A stretch of 63,870 nt of DNA, the filler included, from Octopus bimaculoides (lineage: Eukaryota), in NCBI RefSeq assembly GCF_001194135.2. It is 5 parts of 5 records of this genome, joined end to end, with 100 filler letters (N's around TTAATTAATTAA, not from the genome) between each part and the next. Parts side by side here need not be neighbours in the genome. Positions count along the whole stretch, not along the records: positions 17,928 to 37,017 come from NC_068999.1; positions 37,118 to 51,598 come from NC_068983.1; 3 more parts are not named here. One strand, 5' to 3'. Positions within the stretch are counted from its first letter, which is position 1. Each line of letters starts with the position of its first letter. The notes beneath the pieces are model-generated. The model saw only the letters and a list, made by a program, of their open reading frames with translations, ran no database searches and was not told the DNA's origin. The position numbers were made by a program, and so were the translations under genes. This document shows positions 25,186 to 37,991 of the stretch, piece after piece.

Positions 25186-25554
25186 TATTACACATATTCC
25201 TCTTTTTTGCATTGTTTCGACAACGTTCTGCTGACAAAATATATAACATCCATCAAGACATGCATGGAAAAGCACAATAATCCAATCATATCGATTATAT
25301 AATACGTATTTTATGATCGATATGTCTGTATCGTTTCTCTTTCATATGCTCTTATGCGCGTTAGGTGATTTCTCAATCATATTTAATTGAAACAAGAGTA
25401 AATCGGTGAAAACATGTCATACTAACAACTCCATTTTTCACTGTTCACTTGTCACATTCTCTCTGCTACTGAAGGTAATTTTATGGTCTCTTGGATTCCT
25501 AACACTTGCTATATATATATATATGCGCGCGCGCGCGCGTGTGTGTATTCTTCT

Positions 25555-25740
25555 ATTTGTTTCAGTAATTTGACTGCAGCCATGCTGGAACATCGCCTTT
25601 AGTCGAACAAATCGACCCCAGGACTTCTTCTTTGTAAGCCTAGTACTAATTCTATCGAATCTTTTGCCGAACTGCTAAGTTACGAGGACGTAAACACACC
25701 AACATCGGTTCTCAAGCGATGGTGAGGGAAAACAGACACA
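25555..25740 (-). mobile_element. SINE family B, 3' half
   Basis: Reverse complement of 33850-34020. Confidence 0.85.
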
Positions 25741-26537
25741 AAAACATATATATATGTGTATNNNNNNNNNNNNNNNNNNNNNNNNNNNNNNNNNNNNNNN
25801 NNNNNNNNNNNNNNNNNNNNNNNNNNNNNNNNNNNNNNNNNNNNNNNNNNNNNNNNNNNNNNNNNNNNNNNNNNNNNNNNNNNNNNNNNNNNNNNNNNNN
25901 NNNNNNNNNNNNNNNNNNNNNNNNNNNNNNNNNNNNNNNNNNNNNNNNNNNNNNNNNNNNNNNNNNNNNNNNNNNNNNNNNNNNNNNNNNNNNNNNNNNN
26001 NNNNNNNNNNNNNNNNNNNNNNNNNNNNNNNNNNNNNNNNNNNNNNNNNNNNNNNNNNNNNNNNNNNNNNNNNNNNNNNNNNNNNNNNNNNNNNNNNNNN
26101 NNNNNNNNNNNNNNNNNNNNNNNNNNNNNNNNNNNNNNNNNNNNNNNNNNNNNNNNNNNNNNNNNNNNNNNNNNNNNNNNNNATATATATATATATATAT
26201 ATATACACATACATATACATATATAAATATTCAGCGTGTCTGGGATCAGTACGCAATTGTCTAACATTATATGGACTGCTGTACTAACCGGTAGAACCTT
26301 ATATTTGCATATTGTTCGGAGTAATCTGTTTGTCTAACATAAGTGGGGGTTTTATTTGCAGCGCCCTTCTTTCCTTCTTTGATTACTATTGCATTATATA
26401 CATACGTACGTACGTACATATATACATGCATGCATATGTATTTTTATACATATGTGTATGTATGTATGTGTGTTTGAATGTATTGTGTATGTGTGCTGTA
26501 GTACCACCACCAGCAGCAGCAATGCTACTACTACTAC

Positions 26538-26596
<59 letters not shown>

Positions 26597-27261
26597 TAAT
26601 TAATTTGTTATTATAATTCGAGCTCTTTCAATGTTGGGATTATGTCATTAGGCGGAATTTTCAAATCATTTTCCTTGTAGAGTCATTAAAATTTAACGCA
26701 ATGAAGTAATTTCATATTGCTTCGTTCGTCAATATTTTACAATAATATGTTTTTATTCAATTTTTTTACAGCAGTAACAACATCACGTACATTACGTGGT
26801 ATCTTTCTTTTTTCCATTATTGAAAATAAAGCAATTATATCCTTCTTCAAACACTTGCACACACACCCTCCGTAAGTGAACATGTGACTTAATCGTTAGT
26901 CCCGAATATGGTTTTATGTTTAAGGTGCCTTCGTACAGTTCAGGTTACTCATATGGTGTTGTAAATTCACGGCTGGTATACAATTCTTTAATGTGTGATT
27001 TTGAAAGCAATGTCTAGGCAACCTGTTGGCATTTCTGTCCTATTTAAAGTAAAATGTTATCCCTTTTACTGTATTTTGGAACCATAGGACAAAGGTCCTC
27101 ATTTTGAATGTGCACGTATCTTAGTCGAATTTTGTGAATTGTTTCTCGCAACAAAGTTTTGAGAGAACTATCCTATCCCTGTCTCTTATATATGATTGGG
27201 AGTGGTCATATATACATATTTATATGTGTTTACACCTCTCTCCCACACACATGTATATACT

Positions 27262-28275
27262 TTAATTCTTGAACAAGTTTCACTCGAAAGCTGAGCCCAT
27301 GCTGGAGCACTGCTGCTAGCTATGCTACACTTTCACCACTTGAAAGCTTTTCTGATTTATGGCATTTAGTGAATAAAAGAGTTTAATGTTGCTGCCCCTA
27401 CATTTCCTGTCGTGAGGTAGGCTCGTCAGAAACTCTGGATAAGAGAACCAGTTTTATTTTGAAGACGCCTACAGCCACCCCCATGTCTGTCTCGCAGAAA
27501 TTTTGGGAGAATACTGAAGAACTATAGGCCCTTGAAACCCAAATTGTTGCAGTGTCTGGTCCAATATCTTGATGGCTATCTTGCAATGTTTGCCACTAGG
27601 CAGAGGCGCCCCGTTCATTTTCTCAATGTATATCATTTCATTTCTTTCCAGCCTTCGTTCAAGGAAGTAATGCCGTAAAGCTTTCAACCGTTCCCACTTG
27701 CTGACCTGTCGTATGCAGTCGATCTTCTTTGTATAGTTTCGCTGGTTTATTTCGAGTTGCACCGTTAATTTTGCACTGTGTAGTGGCCATAGTTGGAAGC
27801 AGTAGTCTAAGCAGATGTCCTTCAAAGAACATACTTGTTTCCTATTCTTTAGTATGCATTTTGTTGACAACTTAGTAAAATGTACCGGGAAAGATGCATC
27901 GTTACTCTTGTCAATGCCCAGGTCACACACTAACTTTGTTTGCGTGACCATTGTTTCATATCTGCATTTCATTACACATTTTGTGCTAATAGCGAAGGGC
28001 TTGGAATTTTCCAGCGTTACTCTGCATATCATTTTCTTTCGCCCACCTGTATATTGAGCCCAAATCCTGATGTAGTTCGTGAAATCTCCAGGATCTTGTA
28101 TTCTTTGAGAGACTTTTGTATTGTCTGTATTGCTAGCAGGAGTGGCTATCTTAGGAGCTGAAGGCATGTCTGAGACGCCATTATGAATAGCTGTGCCCCG
28201 AAGACAGTGCCCTGTAGAACACCAATCACTTTTTGTATTTCCTTGGAGGTGGCTGCACTGGCCACCACTGCCTGA
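27262..28275 (-). mobile_element. CR1/L2-type LINE 3' end (RT thumb, C-terminus and 3' UTR), degenerate
   Basis: RSQAVVASAATSKEIQKVIGVLQGTVFG (GVPQG-like), DNTKVSQ (YADDTK-like), QRNYTKKID..WERLKALRHYFLERRLER and GVFKIKL..VSDEPT. The 232-aa ORF at 27469-28167 is a frameshifted composite of this. Confidence 0.88.
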
Positions 28276-29248
28276 CTTCTATCTTATAAAAACTCGTGTG
28301 AGTAAAATGGTTTTATGAAACACATGGTGTTTATGACTATGAAAATATATTTGCATATGTATGTATACACATATACGTTCACACACAAACACGCACGCAC
28401 GCACACACGTAGATGGATAATTTGATAGAAAATGATATACATGANNNNNNNNNNNNNNNNNNNNNNNNNNNNNNNNNNNNNNNNNNNNNNNNNNNNNNNN
28501 NNNNNNNNNNNNNNNNNNNNNNNNNNNNNNNNNNNNNNNNNNNNNNNNNNNNNNNNNNNNNNNNNNNNNNNNNNNNNNNNNNNNNNNNNNNNNNNNNNNN
28601 NNNNNNNNNNNNNNNNNNNNNATATATATATATGTTGGTATGTATATATATATATACCAACACACACAAACACATATATACTCAGCAAGTATCGATATAT
28701 ACGTATTTACATACATATATTCGTACATAGAACATGCGTGAATATGCGCATCCATTTGTTTGCACATGCGTATTCAGTTGATTAAATTTGAATAATTATG
28801 TTTCGCCAAGTAGAATATATTTCAAAAGAAACCCATTATCGTTCTTTTCGACACAAAACCAACAAATGTTAAATAAAACGAAGAAACAACGACATAGAAA
28901 ATAACTACAAAAGCAAAACTTAAATTCTTTTGCTAATTCCAATATTCGCTAAACGTTATATAATGTGGACGACGAATCCTAAAATTTATACATAATAACT
29001 CCCATACGATGATCGATATTTAGTCTGATCGATAAAGATTAATAACACATAAATACATTTATATTTGTATGTTATTAAATCTTTAGTAATCAGGTTTTAC
29101 TTAAAAAGTGTTATAGTTTTTTTTTTTATATTTTGCTAAAAATTATATTTTTCTTGAAATGACAAAAATTTATTAATGTGAACATTTAAAAATGCGTTAC
29201 CGATAAGATATGCGAAAACATTAGAAAACTATAAAAACAACAACAATG

Positions 29249-29285
<37 letters not shown>

Positions 29286-29592
29286 NNNNNNNNNNAAGAA
29301 GAAGAAGAAGAAGAAGAAGAAGAAGAAGAAGAAGAAGAAGAAGAATCCTAAGAAATAAACATGTTACAGGAAAAATTCTTCAAATGTATCAAAGGCAATA
29401 TATATCAATCATGCGATAAGTTAATTAGTGAAAATATTGAACGTTCAATGTCATTAATGAAATTTCTGAATATTTTAATCAAAGAAATCCTGCAAAATTG
29501 CATCGTTCCAACACATATTTGCTCATGCTCAACGTAGTTGATATTCTGTGAAGATCGAACATATCGAACAGCAAATCTCTCTCACTTTCTCT

Positions 29593-29667
<75 letters not shown>

Positions 29668-30189
29668 TATCTATCTATCTCTATCTCTCTAAAAAAAGAA
29701 GAAAGTGGAGGAGGAGGATGTAAAATTATAGAAGTGCCTTTCCTTTCAGAAAGACATGAATATTACTTAATTTTATAAAGCATAAGAAGTCAAATTAGAA
29801 GATAAACACAAACAGACACATATAATGTATACAGCAACGAATGTACCCGTGCGTGTATGTGAATAAATACATGCATACATACATGGGTGTGTGAGTGTCT
29901 ACGGTGTGTATCATAGTATTTGCATTTATTTTCCGCGCTTTGCTTCACTCCCGGAGTAGGTTTGCTTACGTCACAGTAACCTGGCGATTCCACAAAAGAA
30001 AACAGTAGAATACTTGTAAAAATTCGAAAGCAAATAGCGAGGTCGATTTTTTCGACTACGTCCTTCAACGCTGTGCCCCGACATGGCCACAGTGCAATGA
30101 GTGAAACAAATAAAAAGAAGTTATATATATATGTTAGTAATTTGACGGCTAACATACCGGATCACCGCCTTAGATCATACCTTTCTTTC

Positions 30190-30322
30190 TAAGTCTAGCA
30201 TCTATTATTTTATTCTATCGGCCTCTTTTGCTGACCCGCTAAGGTACTGGGACATAAAAACACTAGCATCGGTTGTCAAGCGGAAGACAAACACAGAGAC
30301 ACACGCAAAGACACACACACAT

Positions 30323-30364
<42 letters not shown>

Positions 30365-30430
30365 GTATATATACGACGGGCTTCTTTCGGTTTCCGCCTA
30401 ATAAATCCACGGCTTAACATTTTCAGTTTA
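30190..30430 (-). mobile_element. SINE family B, partial
   Basis: Core and internal (CA)n tract in reverse orientation. Confidence 0.75.
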
Positions 30431-30939
30431 AATTCCACAGAAGTCGACTTAGCATTTTATCCTTTCCGATTTTACAAAGTCCCAGTTGACCATTAGGTTC
30501 GAAGAATTGGACTTATGTCCTGCCCTAAAATTAGTGGCCATCTGCCAGTATTTGAAACCGTCATTTGGTATTTAAATGAATATGACATTAACACTTTCGC
30601 ATATATATACATACTTATATATACCCACTTGATCGGCCACACGCACACAAAAATTCCTTGTCTCTTACGTGCACAGGCACCCCATGTATTTAGATGGTTT
30701 TGTGTGCTTGATGTGTGCATCAGGTTAAAGAGAGAGACAGACAGACAGAGAGAGAGAGAGAGGGAGAGAAAGGAGAGGAAGCGAGAGAGAGAGAGATAGG
30801 GGAAAAGGAGAGGGTGAGAGACAATTTACGACAGAAAGCGATAGGTCGATATTTGAATAGATGAGATAAAATTGAAAAGGTAAGAAAAACGTACGTTAAA
30901 AATTATCTTTTAGTGAACAGTCCCCAGATATGCCTGCAT

Positions 30940-30987
<48 letters not shown>

Positions 30988-31301
30988 TAACCATCACCAC
31001 CACAAGGATATTTAGCACAGGAGAGACAGAAAGGCTCTCATCTGTAGCAACGTTTACCAACATTGGAATTGTATTAATGGAATTGTGGTCAGTGAAGAAT
31101 ATCGTTGATAGAATATGAAAGAGATTGGTGTCCGCTTCAGTGAAGAATTGGCCAAATACAGTGCCAGTTCAATTCCATTCTTTACTCTTCCAGTCTTGAT
31201 ATTAAATATTTTTGGCAATGGTTTTCTATCTTGTAAATCGAGAGATACATATCAAATTTTCACAAAGGAAGAGGTAGTCACGTAGCCTACGCACACACAC
31301 A

Positions 31302-31340
<39 letters not shown>

Positions 31341-32076
31341 ACACACACACGCACACGCACGCGCACACACACACACACCTACAGAGATTTATATATATAT
31401 GTATATGCCTATCTGTCTAAAACTTTCATTTTGTATATACAAACACACGCATACGTCTATAGTTATCTATGTGTATATATATACATATANNNNNNNNNNN
31501 NNNNNNNNNNNNNNNNNNNNNNNNNNNNNNNNNNNNNNNNNNNNNNNNNNNNNNNNNNNNNNNNNNNNNNNNNNNNNNNNNNNNNNNNNNNNNNNNNNNN
31601 NNNNNNNNNNNNNNNNNNNNNNNNNNNNNNNNNNNNNNNNNNNNNNNNNNNNNNNNNNNNNNNNNNNNNNNNNNNNNNNNNNNNNNNNNNNNNNNNNNNN
31701 NNNNNNNNNNNNNNNNNNNNNNNNNNNNNNNNNNNNNNNNNNNNNNNNNNNNNNNNNNNNNNNNNNNNNNNNNNNNNNNNNNNNNNNNNNNNNNNNNNNN
31801 NNNNNNNNNNNNNNNNNNNNNNNNNNNNNNNNNNNNNNNNNNNNNNNNNNNNNNNNNNNNNNNNNNNNNNNNNNNNNNNNNNNNNNNNNNNNNNNNNNNN
31901 NNNNNNNNNNNNNNNNNNNNNNNNNNNNNNNNNNNNNNNNNNNNNNNNNNNNNNNNNNNNNNNNNNNNNNNNNNNNNNNNNNNNNNNNNNNNNNNNNNNN
32001 NNNNNNNNNNNNNNNNNNNNNNNNNNNNNNNNNNNNNNNNNNNNNNNNNNNNNNNNNNNNNNNNNNNNNNNNNNNN

Positions 32077-32109
<33 letters not shown>

Positions 32110-32261
32110 GTATATTGTCTATTGTGTAAATGTGTATATTCTGGAGGCAAGTTAGCATCATCTGGAAGCCATCTTAGCTATATGCAATTAATTAGAATCT
32201 ATATTCGTCTGTTTACGTGGAGAAAAATACTGGTCGGTATGAAATAATGTAGATTAGAGCA

Positions 32262-32293
<32 letters not shown>

Positions 32294-32774
32294 GATGAGC
32301 TGGTGGAATAGGAGGAGGGGTAGACGGAGGTGGAAGACTAGGGGAAGTAGAAGGTGAGTATAATTTACTGACACCATCAAAATTAAAACTTTTTGAATAA
32401 CGTAAACCTGCAGTCACGACCTGTTTATGTTTTACGTGCAAAACAGTATCGGGTTATCCCAGCGTAATGATAATGTAAATACATAGATATATATATATAC
32501 TTACATATATTTATATACATACATATATATATACAAACATACACATATATATATATACATACTTATACATATACATATGCATTCATAAATATATATGATA
32601 TATTATATATATATATGATATATTATATATATATATGTATATATAATTACTATATATATATATAGATATATATATTACACACACACACGCACACACCAGT
32701 CCTCAGTCAAATCGTCCAACCCATGCTAGCATGCAAGGCGGACGTTAAACGATGATGATAATATATAGCTTGCT

Positions 32775-33135
32775 TACAAACCCCATGGTCCCGGGTTCAG
32801 TCCTACTGCGTGGCATCTTGGGCAAGTGTCTTCTACTATAGCCTCGGGCCGACCAAAGCCTTGTGAGTGGATTTGGTAGACGGAAACTGAAAAAAGCCCG
32901 TCGTATATATGTATATACATATGTATGTGTGTATGTGTGTCTGTGTTTATCCCCGCAACATCGCTTGACAACCGATGTTGGTGTGTTTATGTCCCCGTAA
33001 CTTAGCGGTTCGGCAAAAAGAGACCGATAGAATAAGTACTAGGCTTCCAAAGAATAAGTCCTGGGATCGATTTGCTCGACTAAAGGTGGTGCTCCAGCAT
33101 GGCCACAATCAAAATACTGAAACAAGTAAAAGAGT
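32775..33135 (+). mobile_element. SINE family B, near full length
   Basis: CCATGGTCCCGGGTTCAGTCCTACTGCGTGGCATCTTGGGCAAGTGTC..TGAAACAAGTAAAAGAG. Confidence 0.9.
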
Positions 33136-33634
33136 AAAAGAGTATATGTATGTATGTATATATGCCCATGAGATTATTTTTTATGTTTGTGTAGCTCTAT
33201 GTGCATACCTATGAAAATATCTCTTAATCTCTAATCGATTTAAAACCAATGAAAGACCAATTAATCACACTCCGGTTCGAAGCTAAATCATTCATGCGAG
33301 TACGGTAATATCGCATAATTACATGAAACACACACTCACTCGCACAAGCTACACACGCACACGCACAAGCTACACACGCACAACCAAACAAACGTACACA
33401 TCCATACACATATATCGACTTAATTTATACATTTAACGAATACAAAGATATGTATTCATGGAATAAAATACCTCGATTGTAATTCGAACACGTGTCGCAG
33501 CAGACCACTGGGCAGGTTTCCACATTCTTTTGCTGTCGACAAGGGTGAGCTGCAGTTCTTTCACATGCAAATTCATATCCACAGAACTGGCTCTAAACAC
33601 AAACAAACAAAATAGACGTAGAATAAATATTCGC

Positions 33635-34025
33635 GGGAGTGGCTGTGTGGTAAGTATCTTGCTTATTGACCACATGGTTCTGGGTTCAGTCCCACTGCGT
33701 GGCACCTTGGGTAAGAGTCTTCTACTATAGCCTCGGGCCGATAAATACCTTGTGAGTGGATTTGGTAGACGGAAGCTGAAAGAAGCCCGTCGTATATATG
33801 TATATATATATATGTATGTGTGTGTATATGTCTGTGTTTGTCCCCCAACATCGCTTGACAACCGATGCTAGTGTGTTTACGTCCCCGTAACTTAACGGTT
33901 CGGCAAAAGAGTCCGATAGAATAAGTACTAGTCTTCCAAAGAATAAGTCCTGGGGTCGATTTGATCGACTAAAGGCGGTGCTCCAGCATGGCCGCAGTCA
34001 AATGACTGAAACGAGTAAAAGAGTA
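33635..34025 (+). mobile_element. SINE family B, full length (tRNA-like head, CORE-like CCTTGGG.AAGT segment, internal AT/GT microsatellite, LINE-like tail)
   Basis: Reference copy for the family in this window. Confidence 0.9.
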
Positions 34026-34168
34026 AACAGCTATATAGGTCTGTGCGTACATTTACACACACACATATAAATATGTGTATGCTTTTTCTTTTTAAAATAT
34101 TTGTGTAGTCTTTGAGAAGCAAAACCTGGGCACTTTAATGCATTGCGTTTTTGTTGTTGTTGTTGGAT

Positions 34169-34645
34169 GTTCCAATGCGTAAACGTTAGTGGTGGTAAGG
34201 GGAGGCCTTGGATTCACAGGTGTTGCGACGCTCTCAGCGCCCGTTCGCTGAATTGTTTTGCTCTTTTCTTCTTCTTTCTCGTGCTTCTTTTCCTCTTTTT
34301 CCTTGCGTTGCTTAGCGATGCACGTGCGAGCCAGACTTTGGCCGACCATTTCTCTTCCTTTTAAGGCTCTGAGTTGGCGGAGTAGATTAATTTTTACTAC
34401 ACTCAGACATTGATGTCGGACGACGATATAGACAAAATGGTCAAAGAGACGAAGAACAACATGAATACAGAACTACAAAGCAGAATTACAAAACATAAAT
34501 ATATATTATATCATCCAGCCATCATAAGCAACACCAGGCGCTTAGCATTTTTACGGATGATTCCAAAACATAATAAATGATCCGTATTTTGGAGTTATTA
34601 CATTCAAGAGTTCATTGCTACTGCTGCTGCTGCTGCTGCTTACTA

Positions 34646-34684
<39 letters not shown>

Positions 34685-34852
34685 TTCAGCACTAAATAAT
34701 TTCAGGCATACATATAATATATATTATATATAGGAGTGGGTGTGTGGTAGTAGCTTGCTTACCAACCACGAGACCAACAATCTTCTACTATAGTACAATA
34801 GCCGCAGGCATTTTGAGTGGATTTGGTAGACGGAAACTGAAAGAAACCTGTC

Positions 34853-34894
<42 letters not shown>

Positions 34895-34895
34895 N
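34169..34895. repeat. Local duplication, copy 1
   Basis: Near-identical to 35888-36718. Confidence 0.9.
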
Positions 34896-35887
34896 NNNNN
34901 NNNNNNNNNNNNNNNNNNNNNNNNNNNNNNNNNNNNNNNNNNNNNNNNNNNNNNNNNNNNNNNNNNNNNNNNNNNNNNNNNNNNNNNNNNNNNNNNNNNN
35001 NNNNNNNNNNNNNNNNNNNNNNNNNNNNNNNNNNNNNNNNNNNNNNNNNNNNNNNNNNNNNNNNNNNNNNNNNNNNNNNNNNNNNNNNNNNNNNNNNNNN
35101 NNNNNNNNNNNNNNNNNNNNNNNNNNNNNNNNNNNNNNNNNNNNNNNNNNNNNNNNNNNNNNNNNNNNNNNNNNNNNNNNNNNNNNNNNNNNNNNNNNNN
35201 NNNNNNNNNNNNNNNNNNNNNNNNNNNNNNNNNNNNNNNNNNNNNNNNNNNNNNNNNNNNNNNNNNNNNNNNNNNNNNNNNNNNNNNNNNNNNNNNNNNN
35301 NNNNNNNNNNNNNNNNNNNNNNNNNNNNNNNNNNNNNNNNNNNNNNNNNNNNNNNNNNNNNNNNNNNNNNNNNNNNNNNNNNNNNNNNNNNNNNNNNNNN
35401 NNNNNNNNNNNNNNNNNNNNNNNNNNNNNNNNNNNNNNNNNNNNNNNNNNNNNNNNNNNNNNNNNNNNNNNNNNNNNNNNNNNNNNNNNNNNNNNNNNNN
35501 NNNNNNNNNNNNNNNNNNNNNNNNNNNNNNNNNNNNNNNNNNNNNNNNNNNNNNNNNNNNNNNNNNNNNNNNNNNNNNNNNNNNNNNNNNNNNNNNNNNN
35601 NNNNNNNNNNNNNNNNNNNNNNNNNNNNNNNNNNNNNNNNNNNNNNNNNNNNNNNNNNNNNNNNNNNNNNNNNNNNNNNNNNNNNNNNNNNNNNNNNNNN
35701 NNNNNNNNNNNNNNNNNNNNACTAGCAGTGAGCACTTTCACTTCTGACAGCTAATAGCATGATAGTGCCCTTTCTTTTTTACTTGTTTCAGTCATTTGAC
35801 TGTGGCCATGCTGGAGCACCGCCTTTTGGACGAGTAAATCATTGCTTTGCTCTTTTCGTCTTCTTTCTCGTGCTTCTTTTCCTCTGC

Positions 35888-36450
35888 GTTCCAATGCGTA
35901 AGCGTTAGTGGTGGTAAGGGGAGGCCTTGGATTCACAGGTGTTGCGACGCTCTCAGCGCCCGTTCGCTGAATTGCTTTGCTCTTTTCTTCTTCTTTCTCG
36001 TGCTTCTTTTCCTCTTTTTCCTTGCGTTGCTTAGCGATGCACGTGCGAGCCAGACTTTGGCCGACCATTTCTCTTCCTTTTAAGGCTCTGAGTTGGCGGA
36101 GTAGATTAATTTTTACTACACTCAGACATTGATGTCGGACGACGATATAGACACAATGGTCAGAGACGAAGAACAACATGAAAACAGAACTACAAAACAG
36201 AACTAGGATCCTTATGGTTTGACGGCCAACACTTGTAGTCTTAACGAAACACTTTCAAACTTCGGATACTGGTAGAATGTGTCATATAAAACTACAAAAC
36301 ATAAATATATATTATATCATCCAGCCATAATAAGCAACACTAGGCGCTTAGCATTTTTACGCATGATTCCAAAACATAATAAATGATCCGTATTTTGGAG
36401 TTATTACATTCAAGAGTTCATTGCTGCTGCTGCTGCTGCTGCTACTGCGA

Positions 36451-36531
<81 letters not shown>

Positions 36532-36718
36532 TTACTACTGTACAGCATTAAATGATTTCAGGTATACAAATAATATATATCTATAGGAGTGGGTGTGTGG
36601 TAGTTGCTTGCTTACCAACCACGAGACCAACAATCTTCTACTATAGTACTATAGCCGCAGGCATTTTGAGTACATTTGGTAGACGGAAACTGAAAGAAAC
36701 CTATCATATATATATATA
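35888..36718. repeat. Local duplication, copy 2 (carries an extra insertion of about 85-90 bp at about 36205-36290)
   Basis: Aligns to 34169-34895 with scattered substitutions, different microsatellite lengths and one insertion. Confidence 0.9.
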
Positions 36719-36882
36719 AAGTTGTAGTATATTGTCAACTTGATGTGACAATCCCAATAAGGGAACACACTACTGCCGTTTAGCCCTAGGAAGCTGGACC
36801 GCTTCCTGTCGGCCTTGACACAATTACTGTGTCCTTAAGTTTGCGAGGGGGAGACAAGCTCCTCCACACAGCCTAGCCAGCA

Positions 36883-36925
36883 TTCAGGGACATGTTTCTG
36901 AGTCTTTCCTCGTCATCAGCCTGAA
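36883..36925 (-). ncRNA. Minimal type I hammerhead ribozyme motif
   Basis: Minus strand: TTCAGG-CTGATGA-CGAG GAAAGA CTCA-GAAA-CATG-TC-CCTGAA. Perfect 6-bp stem I, intact CTGATGA, GAAA and GTC, palindromic ACATGT stem III. The only defect is a C.A closing pair in stem II. Confidence 0.8.
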
Positions 36926-37138
36926 GTAGCTTGCCAGCTGGTTAAAGAAGCCTGTTTCGCCTTCGCAAACTTATGTAAATCATAGTGAAGTTCATTCACT
37001 GATCAGCAAAATTAGAANNNNNNNNNNNNNNNNNNNNNNNNNNNNNNNNNNNNNNNNNNNNTTAATTAATTAANNNNNNNNNNNNNNNNNNNNNNNNNNN
37101 NNNNNNNNNNNNNNNNNCCCCCCACCCTCAAATAACTC

Positions 37139-37186
<48 letters not shown>

Positions 37187-37952
37187 CACAAAGTTTAAGT
37201 TTCTTTTGGAATTAAAAAAAAAAAAATTAACATCACATGGTTCTCTCCAGAAAGGTACAAAATCAGTAAGTTGAAAGTTTATAATAGATTTTTTTGTTTT
37301 TTTTTACCTTTAAAACACCAGACAGAGCATCAAGTTGTGTGGGAACATAGGAATAAGATCTCATTGAGTATTGGTGTACATGTGTGCATACATGCAAGTG
37401 TATACACATACAAATACAAAACATTTGTCTCACATATGTAGAACAACAGTTAAACTGAATGAAATGAGAAATGAGTGTATATGTATGTGTGCGTATGAAT
37501 ATATAGGTACGTATGCATAATTGTATAGTTTTTCAATGATGTATAAAGTATACACAATTATGTATGTATATGTATAAAGTACAGCCAGCCATCATCAGCA
37601 AGAGAGAATGCTTTGATGATATTTCATGATACCTTCACTATTTGTTTTAGGTGCCTATGGAAACATGAGCAGACATGGATACACATTCACTATTAGAGGG
37701 CACTGCACCCCTGGCCTAGTGACATGTGAAAGATGTCACAGTTGGTTGAGAGAAAGAGAGCGAGAAACAGAGAGTGTTGGCCAAGCAACTGTCTGGTATT
37801 CATTTACAGTTGAGCAGATTAGAGCAAAATGCCTCACTCTGGAGACACAAAATCTGGTCAGTCAAGGAATTGAACCCACAAATTATCATGTAACGGCCAA
37901 ATATAATTGCCTATAAACCACACACCTTCATGTATATACGTACGCACGCGCA

Positions 37953-37991
<39 letters not shown>

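Noticed and set aside
27469-28167. 232-aa ORF as a novel host protein
   Set aside because: It is a frameshifted patchwork of CR1/L2-type reverse transcriptase sequence.
34092-34364. Lys/Glu-rich ORFs in the duplicated block as a gene
   Set aside because: The frames differ between the two copies and arise from a low-complexity purine tract; there is no start or splice support.
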